Source: a virus. From it: DNA of 64,000 bases. This document shows, piece by piece, positions 36,901 to 44,731 of this stretch (the stretch's first letter is position 1; every line of letters starts with the position of its first letter). The stretch lies in UHGV virus genome UHGV-1380027; one strand, written 5' to 3'. The position numbers and the translations under genes were made by a program. Under the pieces are notes generated by a model that worked only from the letters and a program-made list of their open reading frames with translations, was not told the origin of the DNA and ran no database searches.

Positions 36901-39540
36901 AGAGTAATCTCTCATATAGTCATAATCAGAGTATTTGTTTGCATCTTCGTTCCAACACATATTTAGGTTGGTACCGCCCATGCACACAATGTATTCTGCG
37001 ATATACTTATCGCTTCTGGTAGGAATACCTATGAACCATCTATTAACAGGCTCATCCCAAGCTGTGCGCTCATCTTTAACGCAGATAGCAATCCAGTCAT
37101 GTGTTCCTGTTTTCTTGCATACATCTCGCTTCATACCGTAGTAGAACTCTTTAGTATTCGGCTCAGGTGCATTTATCAGGTAACTCCATGCCTGATTTGC
37201 ATAAGTTCCATTGGTTCGCGGGTCATGATCAAAGGCATACATGATGATCCTTTCCCCACCAAGATGTTCGCCAAGAGTAACTTTGACATTCACATCGCCG
37301 TAACCATTGCGAACAACATCCATATTATCAATAGAGATGCCCCTAGGGGTGTAGGCAATTTTCAGAGAGCTATCTTCACTGGTGCCTCCAAGTGTAATCC
37401 CTATGTTGTTTGTTGTCCCGTCGGCATATCTTACTGTGGCTTCCCAGCGTATTCCGAAATATCCTGCATCATGGCTGACAATTTTCAGTGTACGAGCACC
37501 TGGGTGAGGTTTTCCAGGATCAGGCCAAGGGTCTGGGTGTTCGTGGACAGTCAACGACGTTCCGTTTTGCTCGTTAACCTGCAACATTTTACCGCCTCTG
37601 CCGTTAGGGTTGAACTCCCATACGGCCTGTGTCTGCACTAAGTTGTTGTAGGTATTTCGTCTCTGATCATAAATCTCTTGGGTAACATCATAGGTGACTG
37701 ATCCAGCATCCATTCTGTGGAGTCGGACCATATACGATGTATCTCCTTCTACCGCAGGCTGAGTCCCATTCAGCCCGAAGTATACAGTATCGTTAACATG
37801 GAACTGCTTGTTTCTACCAACGGTATGCCACTTACCGTCAGAAGGATACGCAGGAACTATGGTGTTCCAGTTCAAAGTCCTTGTCGTGTGAGTTCTTCCT
37901 GTGCCATGTTTGTCATGATAGGTTATTTTTACAGAGTACAGGCCACGTCTGTTAACATTCCTGTTATACTGAGTAACAACAACTTCGTTGGCCCCGCCGT
38001 GGTTCCAGTTGGTGGAGAATTGGTAATTTGCATCTGTAACAACCGTACCCGCAGCATTTACCAGTTCAATCTTGTCAATAATGAACGTAGCCCCCTCTGG
38101 CTGAGGCTTCAATTTCATCTTGACCGTGTCACCAATGTAAATATTGCTAACACTGCTAACACCGTTAACGTCAAAAATATCATCAACACCCCAACTGTCT
38201 ACTGGGACATTTTTATACCAATTCTCAGGAACCTCTGTGAACCCCTGACTATTAAGTCTGCCGCCAAACAGGTTGTTAGAGCCTGCAAAACTTCCCCTTG
38301 GGATGCCTGACCACCAAAGTTTACCATTAACAACAGTAAAGGTACCTAAAAAACCTTCTCTGTGAATGCCCTGGAAATAAACACTCTCTGTCCAGCTAAC
38401 TGGGAGGCGTTGCTCAACGTATTTGGCTGTGGCAAGAGCTTGATAGTGGATAAAATTGGCCCTAGGGTTATTGTTTGCAGATTGTGCGCCAATATCATTA
38501 CATAAGTTGCGAGAGAATCCGCGATACTGCTTAGTGCCATTATTGAAGAAAATGCCACTTGTTCCGTACCCACGAGCCATTATTACTTCATGGGTGTAGG
38601 TAATATTTAAGGAACGCCATGTATCATCTCCCCAGACATCTTGCCCGTAGAATACGTTAACAAGCTGCTGATCATTAGGCTTGTGCATCCTCTGCGTTGC
38701 AATTATCGCCCCGTTCGGACCACACATGAATCCTTTCCACTCCTCCTCTGCAGGAATGCCTTTCAAATCGTTGCGAGTAATCTGAGCAGGGGGCCAAACA
38801 AGGTCGTTTCTACTGTTGTTTCTCAGAAAGTCGTATCCAGCAATCCAAAAACCTCTGGGCCCACCGAAAATAACAGAGTTGTCATGCACCTCGCAGTTGA
38901 TACTTGGGTTTTTCCAAGGGCCTGTTTCAGGATTTTCCGATGTTTCACCAATCTTTACAGGGGTTGCATGCTGGTTCTTATCTACATGTAAAGATCCGTA
39001 GGTGTTGTTACCAGACCCGTACAGGTGTAAAATGCCGTCACCCTCAGCCTCTGCCATAACCCAAACAGTGTTGTTAATACCGCCCATTACCTCGATAAGG
39101 CGCTCTGGGTGGGTGTCAAGGTGCAATCCTTGAACAATCTGTTCCGGAAGAGGTGTCCACTCGTTTACGCAAACATCGTTACCACCTGCCGCAGTGGATC
39201 CGATAAGACCTGCAGTGCAGCCGATGTAGAAAAACTGGTTATCAAAAGTCCGGATCACAAACGCACGGTCTGCTCTCCACACATGATCAACATTCCAGGC
39301 CGTCTCGCTCGGGTAGTTTATAGGGTTACGATCCCCAGTGCGACACTCCCCGAACTTGTTATAGCCAGTAATATTAAGCTGACCATCGTCAAAAAGTATA
39401 GCTAAGCTATTTACATAAGCTACTGTAGTGCTTGTACCGTCACTGTTGTCTATTGGGTATGACAGAACAGCAAGTTCCTTAACTCCACCCCTCTTATCGA
39501 GGAAATGACGACCAAGTTTTAGCAAAGGGATTGGAAGCAT
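33904..39540 (-). CDS. giant tail fibre-like / host-recognition protein (1878 aa) with N-terminal RCC1-like repeats and C-terminal Ig-like (Big_2-type) domain
   Basis: repeats GYNKFGECRTGD, YGSGNNTYGSLH; segment VTFKAPGNVTIKFVATDDAGRKTSSTSFTVK; position at distal end of tail module. Confidence 0.45.
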   Translation of the reverse strand: MLPIPLLKLGRHFLDKRGGVKELAVLSYPIDNSDGTSTTVAYVNSLAILFDDGQLNITGYNKFGECRTGDRNPINYPSETAWNVDHVWRADRAFVIRTFDNQFFYIGCTAGLIGSTAAGGNDVCVNEWTPLPEQIVQGLHLDTHPERLIEVMGGINNTVWVMAEAEGDGILHLYGSGNNTYGSLHVDKNQHATPVKIGETSENPETGPWKNPSINCEVHDNSVIFGGPRGFWIAGYDFLRNNSRNDLVWPPAQITRNDLKGIPAEEEWKGFMCGPNGAIIATQRMHKPNDQQLVNVFYGQDVWGDDTWRSLNITYTHEVIMARGYGTSGIFFNNGTKQYRGFSRNLCNDIGAQSANNNPRANFIHYQALATAKYVEQRLPVSWTESVYFQGIHREGFLGTFTVVNGKLWWSGIPRGSFAGSNNLFGGRLNSQGFTEVPENWYKNVPVDSWGVDDIFDVNGVSSVSNIYIGDTVKMKLKPQPEGATFIIDKIELVNAAGTVVTDANYQFSTNWNHGGANEVVVTQYNRNVNRRGLYSVKITYHDKHGTGRTHTTRTLNWNTIVPAYPSDGKWHTVGRNKQFHVNDTVYFGLNGTQPAVEGDTSYMVRLHRMDAGSVTYDVTQEIYDQRRNTYNNLVQTQAVWEFNPNGRGGKMLQVNEQNGTSLTVHEHPDPWPDPGKPHPGARTLKIVSHDAGYFGIRWEATVRYADGTTNNIGITLGGTSEDSSLKIAYTPRGISIDNMDVVRNGYGDVNVKVTLGEHLGGERIIMYAFDHDPRTNGTYANQAWSYLINAPEPNTKEFYYGMKRDVCKKTGTHDWIAICVKDERTAWDEPVNRWFIGIPTRSDKYIAEYIVCMGGTNLNMCWNEDANKYSDYDYMRDYSCNQWFNQSTGYPPRQARVNPAIFTDTQVFLTKQANEVQTFKNKYDPNKWFYNCYGAFFWGPGELPNGGSCFEAATYASDRFMGQVKKYKIIPGPETLGNAVDPYIIMTALRSNMDGTSISMQVPVTNGYKRVVMIIKCDLIGKQVLAENGTSTHLFETALHYQFADSPFAGDKRISDTDNTRCKKFMLGGGWWWYEFDLTDKFTDTSKVVTGLRLDLGENMHKSVCDGTYGDPTIYLKYVSFEHPEDVVYGPKLRLFGSWIAKDRVGMGKKVRGFLVDAGTEDMLVNAVWPELPGTQWDNSAKSINWFNIHRAMWTTNCYLWKELNDGAFGFTGGRRMAIICWTTLQRCYDHDYEIGGRAWKNIRDRIITNFADPNGGGAYGFDCSRLIHLNGSSAYKKEGYSGSMIERGLVKDARVLMGQQLAAAIGPNAVQSVKPAWFDIPIWSSGTPGTAAINPTTGDLEISWEDLKQVGGWDKTGYQVQWWRSDGSLAADEFVKDNFYTMSSVKAQQLFGQATPSTITMSMCCKDNRTGALGPRVAKVFSGIKWNLPVQSVSWKQIGDNKLLVTPACQFNATLNVDPAVAANSAKASDFSVSNTAMADVRKIDTLNARITCKNTYGTFQIINNFTDADSKVVRTASQTMQLGTLAYSALITEQSPTLQGGGVGKLITTPVWKPNEWVVFDLTVDFSSDNNWTWVRNCLSQLMGGPSSVSDSHDSTDPSVFQVGKTHPETGETLPDRKYALVCISYGKADVTFSGTHAYNGTYNFSRKYSLKAGNIIDEVGALYNPGNGIGIVGGKLQMQEPSITPSNVSGIRKTWESSNTNIATVDATTGLVTFKAPGNVTIKFVATDDAGRKTSSTSFTVKQMTPQWRMWIGTATNGAYPNPAGTSGMKTFATSKPMEYGSGPKVGQMVYFGAYIPEIIGLPRSQLQLLFGAGVDDLATFGYSDNIEAARSSGWVGFRMESGKEGRILGTASIGVMFPGDQQYRLGAYATFSL

Positions 39541-39588
39541 TGTGTTCTCCAGATAAGAAAACCGCCCCGTCAGGAGCGGTCAGATATA

Positions 39589-41334
39589 TTAACGTTGTGC
39601 AATAACCACATCCACAATATCACCAACACCACAATATGTCAATTGTAGCAAGGTGACACTGTTGGCTTTGTTGTTAATAACAGGAGTAGCCGACAGTATG
39701 GCATATTTATCGTGTAAAGTCACGTTGTGGCCTACAGCATCCTGAATGACATAGATGATTGCAGTGAACGGGTAAGGTTTATCTTCAGCCGATGTTCCAG
39801 GCCATTGCCCTATTGTAAAATCCCCTTTCGCGTGGACAACATACATATTGGCCTGCCCGTTAGGTGTCCATGTCCCACTAGATGCGTCAGCCTCCTCTAA
39901 GTCAAACTCCACCTTCCCTGCATGGAAAGCAGGGGCAGTAATAGTTTTACCAGCTTCAATTTCTTGAGAGGTGGTTATCTTGCCACTAGAGTTAATGCCA
40001 TTACAGACAAAGTTGACATTAGAGAAGTCTGGCAGCCACCCAGTCACTGTACCTGATATTTCAAGGTTGTGAAGGTGGGTGGTGCCAGTCCCTGCTGCGT
40101 TTAAACTAACATCTCCATTTACCTGCAAGTTTCTGGTAACGTTGCAGTTTTCAGAGTTTGCAGTTGTTGCAGTTAAAGTGGTGGTTGTCAGCTCGGTAAT
40201 TACACCTTTGTTGGCTGTAAGTCCTTCTCCTTCAAAAGTGGCACGCTCATTCACCCTCAGAGTATTTAAAGATATGTTCTGGACAGATGCTGTGCCACGA
40301 ATGACTATAGATCCTCCAACCTCTAAATCTCCATTGATCAGTGCATCTCCCGTGCTTTCAATATAGCTAGGGTAGATCATGGTGCCATCTACAGAGTAGG
40401 TTATCCCTGTAACGGTGCCTGTCACCTCAAGGTTCTTAACCCTAGTGGTCCCATCAACCTGCAATGTCGGTTCGGTGGCTGCCTTCATGGCATTACCGCG
40501 AATGTACACGTAGTCAAAAAAGTTATTACCTAGACCATCAAAATGCACATCGTTGTTATTAGCCACTGGTTTCCCAGAAGTTATAGTGTCAGCTATAACT
40601 CTGTGAGTTGATACTTCATGAGGTTGCAGCTCTGTGCTCCTCCAGTCTGCATGCTTAGGATCGCTCCACGCAAAAGTCAGTGTAGAAGTATTTGCCGTAA
40701 GGATTAGGTTCCTGAAGCGTGCAGTAGAATCTGCTCCATTAACAGGTCCGTGTAAGGTAAGGGTACCCCCAACTATAGTGTTAGCAAGTTCTGTAAGACC
40801 TTTTACCACCAAAGATCCTACAGTAACTTTCATCCCCTCCATGGCTTTAAATATGCTATCCACATAGTCAACAACAAACTCTGTGTTTGCTATAGACTCG
40901 GACTTATCATCCATTGGAGGTGTAGGTACTCTCGGGTCACCTTCGAACCTTGGGCTGTTAAGTTTTGCGTAGTATTTTGCCATTACTGCAGAGTCGGTGT
41001 ATAATCTCCAGTTCGGAGATTGTGAAGGATCTGCTGGCATCCTAACCGGGTTAGATTTTGACGCTGCTGGAGCGTACCACCACTGAGGGCCTGTATCTCC
41101 TTTAAACTCATACAGCTGGTTAAAAACTGTTGTGGATGCACCATACGCCCAAGGGATCGGTGGCGTTTTAAAATAAAGGTTGTCAAGCATGGCTTTTCGT
41201 ACCGTAGGGATAGTGGTCCCATCCTCTACGACAACTTCATCCACAGCGTTACCGTTGACAACCAAGTGCAAACGTTCAGAATCAACAATTACTTGATCTA
41301 CCGCCTGCTCGAAGCTTGTCATGTCTTGCGCCAT
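39589..41334 (-). CDS. tail fibre / tailspike-like protein (581 aa)
   Basis: Thr/Gly/Asn-rich beta-strand repeats (TGTVTGITYSVDGT, NLEISGTVTG); location in fibre module. Confidence 0.45.
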   Translation of the reverse strand: MAQDMTSFEQAVDQVIVDSERLHLVVNGNAVDEVVVEDGTTIPTVRKAMLDNLYFKTPPIPWAYGASTTVFNQLYEFKGDTGPQWWYAPAASKSNPVRMPADPSQSPNWRLYTDSAVMAKYYAKLNSPRFEGDPRVPTPPMDDKSESIANTEFVVDYVDSIFKAMEGMKVTVGSLVVKGLTELANTIVGGTLTLHGPVNGADSTARFRNLILTANTSTLTFAWSDPKHADWRSTELQPHEVSTHRVIADTITSGKPVANNNDVHFDGLGNNFFDYVYIRGNAMKAATEPTLQVDGTTRVKNLEVTGTVTGITYSVDGTMIYPSYIESTGDALINGDLEVGGSIVIRGTASVQNISLNTLRVNERATFEGEGLTANKGVITELTTTTLTATTANSENCNVTRNLQVNGDVSLNAAGTGTTHLHNLEISGTVTGWLPDFSNVNFVCNGINSSGKITTSQEIEAGKTITAPAFHAGKVEFDLEEADASSGTWTPNGQANMYVVHAKGDFTIGQWPGTSAEDKPYPFTAIIYVIQDAVGHNVTLHDKYAILSATPVINNKANSVTLLQLTYCGVGDIVDVVIAQR

Positions 41335-41343
41335 GATTTCTCC

Positions 41344-41610
41344 TTAAGCTTTTTGCTCTTCGTTTTTAACGTGGTCAGGGTGCTGGCAACCCCACCGGAG
41401 CGAGATGAATTTGCTAATAAGCTGGGGGCAGGCTACTGAAGGTGCGTATATCCACGCATACCATTCAGGAAGCGTATCATTGTACCCCATATGAATAAAC
41501 ACCCCAGTCATCACTGCCATGCCTATGTTTGACCATAGCTTAGATTGGGACACTTTCGTAGGGTCATCCGATGCCGCAACCAACCCCCATAAAAACTGAG
41601 TTAATTTCAT
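41344..41610 (-). CDS. small membrane protein (88 aa), function unknown
   Basis: hydrophobic segments IGMAVMTGVFIHMGY and WYAWIYAPSVA. Confidence 0.4.
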   Translation of the reverse strand: MKLTQFLWGLVAASDDPTKVSQSKLWSNIGMAVMTGVFIHMGYNDTLPEWYAWIYAPSVACPQLISKFISLRWGCQHPDHVKNEEQKA

Positions 41611-41619
41611 TTACCCTCT

Positions 41620-42666
41620 TTAAGCATAAGATATAGTGATCCATTGACCGTTTACAAATTTTTGAATGGCACCAGTCCAATAGTCGCCTTGATACGGGTG
41701 TTTATAGGCGTAATTGCCGGAGCACATTACATGCCCAGGGTATACTCTTGATTCTCTGTAGGTGGTTCTGAAACGGTTTGCTATCCTTACATCTTCAACA
41801 CCCCTACTAGGCATAGGAATAGTAAGGTTACCACTGCTATCTGCGCTGCTACCATTTACCCTGCGGACCACGTTTCTCCCACCAACTGTTGCATATTGAC
41901 CCCTGGCGGTGTTATCGTTACAATCCACTCTTCCACCTATTTGAGCGCTGCCGCAGGATTGTTGTCCATTAACAGTGGCTCTTGGTATCGTTACCGCATT
42001 AGCATTTGCAGAGGAGCTTTTTGCATCATTGCATTCAAGATTCCCTTGGATAGCCAGTCTTGCACGGTTGGCAGTTATAGCATTAAGCTTCATAGCCGAA
42101 AACACAGGCTGCCCACCAGAAGGTTGAAATCTCCAACGGAAACCGTCTATTTGGTGAGAAGGATCATCAAGGTCTGTGCCGTCAGCGCCGCCGATGTTGT
42201 CCATAATCCAGAAATCCATCATCGTTTTGTCTGGAGTTATGGTGGTGTATATCGCTGCATTGTCTGTTGACGCGGATGCAAACTCGATTCTTTGAAGACC
42301 CAAAGTTTGAGTCTGGGTCATTGTGTCCCCAGTCTTGTCAACATACAGGTCATCCATTTCTTCAGGCGAGTATACATTGAGGACTTTACGTGCAGCAGCT
42401 TTGTCTGGAACGTCTGCCAGATTATTAGTGACCCTTAAGAATCTATTATCCCATCCAGGGACAACATCTTCTGTTAAATGCTTTAGCCACGCAGAGAGCA
42501 TGTGGAGTTCAAAGTTAACAACTTCACATGCTATCCTTTGTGTCATATCCCAACCTTTCAATCTCTCTTCTTTGTTCGGTTGAGACTTGTTCAACTCTCC
42601 TGTATTTTCAAGCACAACATCCTGATTGGCCCAAATATCGAGAGGGATAACTGGTTTAGTCATCAC
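41620..42666 (-). CDS. tail fibre protein, paralog 2 (348 aa)
   Basis: GDTMT motif; N- and C-termini homologous to 43679..44719 (C-terminal VNGQWITISYA). Confidence 0.6.
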   Translation of the reverse strand: MMTKPVIPLDIWANQDVVLENTGELNKSQPNKEERLKGWDMTQRIACEVVNFELHMLSAWLKHLTEDVVPGWDNRFLRVTNNLADVPDKAAARKVLNVYSPEEMDDLYVDKTGDTMTQTQTLGLQRIEFASASTDNAAIYTTITPDKTMMDFWIMDNIGGADGTDLDDPSHQIDGFRWRFQPSGGQPVFSAMKLNAITANRARLAIQGNLECNDAKSSSANANAVTIPRATVNGQQSCGSAQIGGRVDCNDNTARGQYATVGGRNVVRRVNGSSADSSGNLTIPMPSRGVEDVRIANRFRTTYRESRVYPGHVMCSGNYAYKHPYQGDYWTGAIQKFVNGQWITISYA

Positions 42667-42721
42667 ATTCTCCTGAGAAAATTCCTTAAGGACTATTTTA
42701 ACACTTTAGAGAACAAAATGC

Positions 42722-42745
42722 AAGAACGGCATCCTTACCGTTCTT
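42722..42745 (-). terminator. possible terminator hairpin
   Basis: 8-bp stem AAGAACGG / CCGTTCTT with 8-nt loop, followed on minus strand by GCAUUUUGUUCU. Confidence 0.35.
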
Positions 42746-42753
42746 ACCTTTGT

Positions 42754-43068
42754 TTACCTTTTACTATGCTCTACAAGCATGTGCAAAATCTTTTGTACAT
42801 CAGCTCGGATACCGGAGACATCTGTCCTGACATCTTGCTTAAGGTCGTTAATATCGGCCTCTAGCTTACTTAACCGGGTCTCGATAATGGAATCAAGTCT
42901 ATCTTTTGTAACCATGCTATTTTTCACTAAAATGAGGTCTTTCTCCAGCTCATCCAACCTCTTGGAAATGCCTTTCCATTTGGTGTGCCACTGGTTGAAA
43001 GCCCATACACAGATCGGGACAACGGTACCCATGCAGATACCGTACAATGCCGCCAAATCCAACTCCAC
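42754..43068 (-). CDS. membrane-anchored coiled-coil protein (104 aa)
   Basis: N-terminal TM LAALYGICMGTVVPICVWAF followed by heptad-like region. Confidence 0.4.
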   Translation of the reverse strand: MELDLAALYGICMGTVVPICVWAFNQWHTKWKGISKRLDELEKDLILVKNSMVTKDRLDSIIETRLSKLEADINDLKQDVRTDVSGIRADVQKILHMLVEHSKR

Positions 43069-43079
43069 AACACCTCCTC

Positions 43080-43664
43080 TTAGAGGGTAGGTCGTTCCGG
43101 GAAGAAAATGTCAGGGGCTTTAGATGTATCTATTTCAAGAAGTTTTACCCTGTACATTTTCAAATCTCTGATGTTGCGTTTTTGGTCATCAGTAAGATCG
43201 TATTCAAGGTCAATCATGTCTTGATAGGCACCAATTCTAGCAGTAGCCCAAGCAAGTTCTGTCTCTATGACACCCTCTGCCTGTTGAACAAAGAATTCAT
43301 TGTCTGTGACAAATTCATCACCAACTAAACGCAAAGCGTCGTGGTGGAGCATAATGTTTTCTGGTACCTCTTCTTTTTTGGCGATAACCACACGAAGACC
43401 TGGAGCAGGCCACAAGGCATCAGGTTCTTCTGTAGATGTCTTAAGAATACCCTTCTCGTCAACAAGTAAGAAGATACAGCCGGGATTTTCTTGTCGCAGT
43501 GTTCGTGATTGCACATACCAATCGCCATCATCATTACGTAAAAAATATCCAGTGTATGCTGTGTAATCCTCAACCTCCTGAGGAGTCAGCTCCTTGGTCT
43601 CCTTGTTGGTGTAGTATTCGCCAGATCCCGGTTGGTAAAGTTTAAACTCTTGAAGTATTTTCAT
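43080..43664 (-). CDS. tail fibre assembly protein (Tfa / P2 gpG-like), 194 aa
   Basis: C-terminal signature DLKMYRVKLLEIDTSKAPDIFFPERP resembles Tfa consensus (WKxYRVxLxRVDTSxAPDIxWPxxP); directly downstream of fibre gene. Confidence 0.7.
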   Translation of the reverse strand: MKILQEFKLYQPGSGEYYTNKETKELTPQEVEDYTAYTGYFLRNDDGDWYVQSRTLRQENPGCIFLLVDEKGILKTSTEEPDALWPAPGLRVVIAKKEEVPENIMLHHDALRLVGDEFVTDNEFFVQQAEGVIETELAWATARIGAYQDMIDLEYDLTDDQKRNIRDLKMYRVKLLEIDTSKAPDIFFPERPTL

Positions 43665-43678
43665 GCTAGTCCTCCGAT

Positions 43679-44719
43679 CTACGCATAATTAACAGTGATC
43701 CATTGACCATTTACAAGTTTTTGTAAAGGTCCTGCCCAGTAGGTTGAACCACGCATCTCTTTTTTATCACCAAAATGCCAACCTGTGACAACGTAGCCGT
43801 TGCGAACTGGAGATTCAGAAACACCATCAACAAGTCTTGCACCGATTCTGATATCCTGTACCCCTGTCTGCGGGATGGTGATCGTTACATCTCCGTTACC
43901 GTTAGCCGTCACTCCATTCACAGAGCGCACCACATTTCTGTTACCGACAACACAATGCTGGCTTCTTACAACCATACTGTCACAACTTGCACCGCCATCA
44001 ACATATACGGACCCAGCTGTCAACTGACTAGCCACATTACAGTTGGTGAATGTTGCTGTGCTGCTGATGGTAAGGTTGTTACACCGCATGTTATCGACAA
44101 CTTCAACATTACCTACCACTTTCAACAGCGCACGGTTAGCCGTGATCGCGTTCAGGTACATCAAAGTGAACTCTGGATTAATGTCTGGCTGAGTTGGCTG
44201 GAATCTCCAACGAAACGCATCTACTGTAGATGTGCCACCATCATCAAACGCCCCAGTGTTATCACTTAACCCAAAGTCGAGAGTTGTCTTATCTGGACCA
44301 ATAGTTGTCTCTATCCAAGCCTTATCTGTCTCGGCAGCTTTAAAGTTGATACGCTGCAAACCTAAGGGGCCTGTCATTGTATCGCCTGTAACTTTTACAT
44401 ACCTGGCGTCTGCCTCTTCCTTAGTGATAATCCCAAGGTTTCTACGGGCAACAGGAATGTTCAAAAGATCGCTCAGGTTATTATCACGTACCAGATAACG
44501 GCCCTCTTGGGCAGGGATCTGCTCGTCAGCAATATATTTTGCCCAAGTCCCGAGCATATTGAAAATATAGTTAAGTTCTTCACATGACGGCTTTTGACCA
44601 AGATCCCAACCTTTTCTCCACAAATCATCAATCGGGCGTAGCCTGTTCTGTCTGTGGGTGTTAGGCAGAACCTGATCCTCCTCTGCCCAAATCTCTAATG
44701 GAAAACTAGGTTTTGACAT
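43679..44719 (-). CDS. tail fibre protein, paralog 1 (346 aa)
   Basis: GDTMTGPLGLQRINF motif; homologous to 41620..42666. Confidence 0.6.
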   Translation of the reverse strand: MSKPSFPLEIWAEEDQVLPNTHRQNRLRPIDDLWRKGWDLGQKPSCEELNYIFNMLGTWAKYIADEQIPAQEGRYLVRDNNLSDLLNIPVARRNLGIITKEEADARYVKVTGDTMTGPLGLQRINFKAAETDKAWIETTIGPDKTTLDFGLSDNTGAFDDGGTSTVDAFRWRFQPTQPDINPEFTLMYLNAITANRALLKVVGNVEVVDNMRCNNLTISSTATFTNCNVASQLTAGSVYVDGGASCDSMVVRSQHCVVGNRNVVRSVNGVTANGNGDVTITIPQTGVQDIRIGARLVDGVSESPVRNGYVVTGWHFGDKKEMRGSTYWAGPLQKLVNGQWITVNYA

Positions 44720-44731
44720 TTTATCTCCTGA

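Noticed and set aside
34202-38991. Multiple plus-strand ORFs of 60-197 aa
   Set aside because: All embedded antisense in the 1878-aa tail protein gene; shadow ORFs
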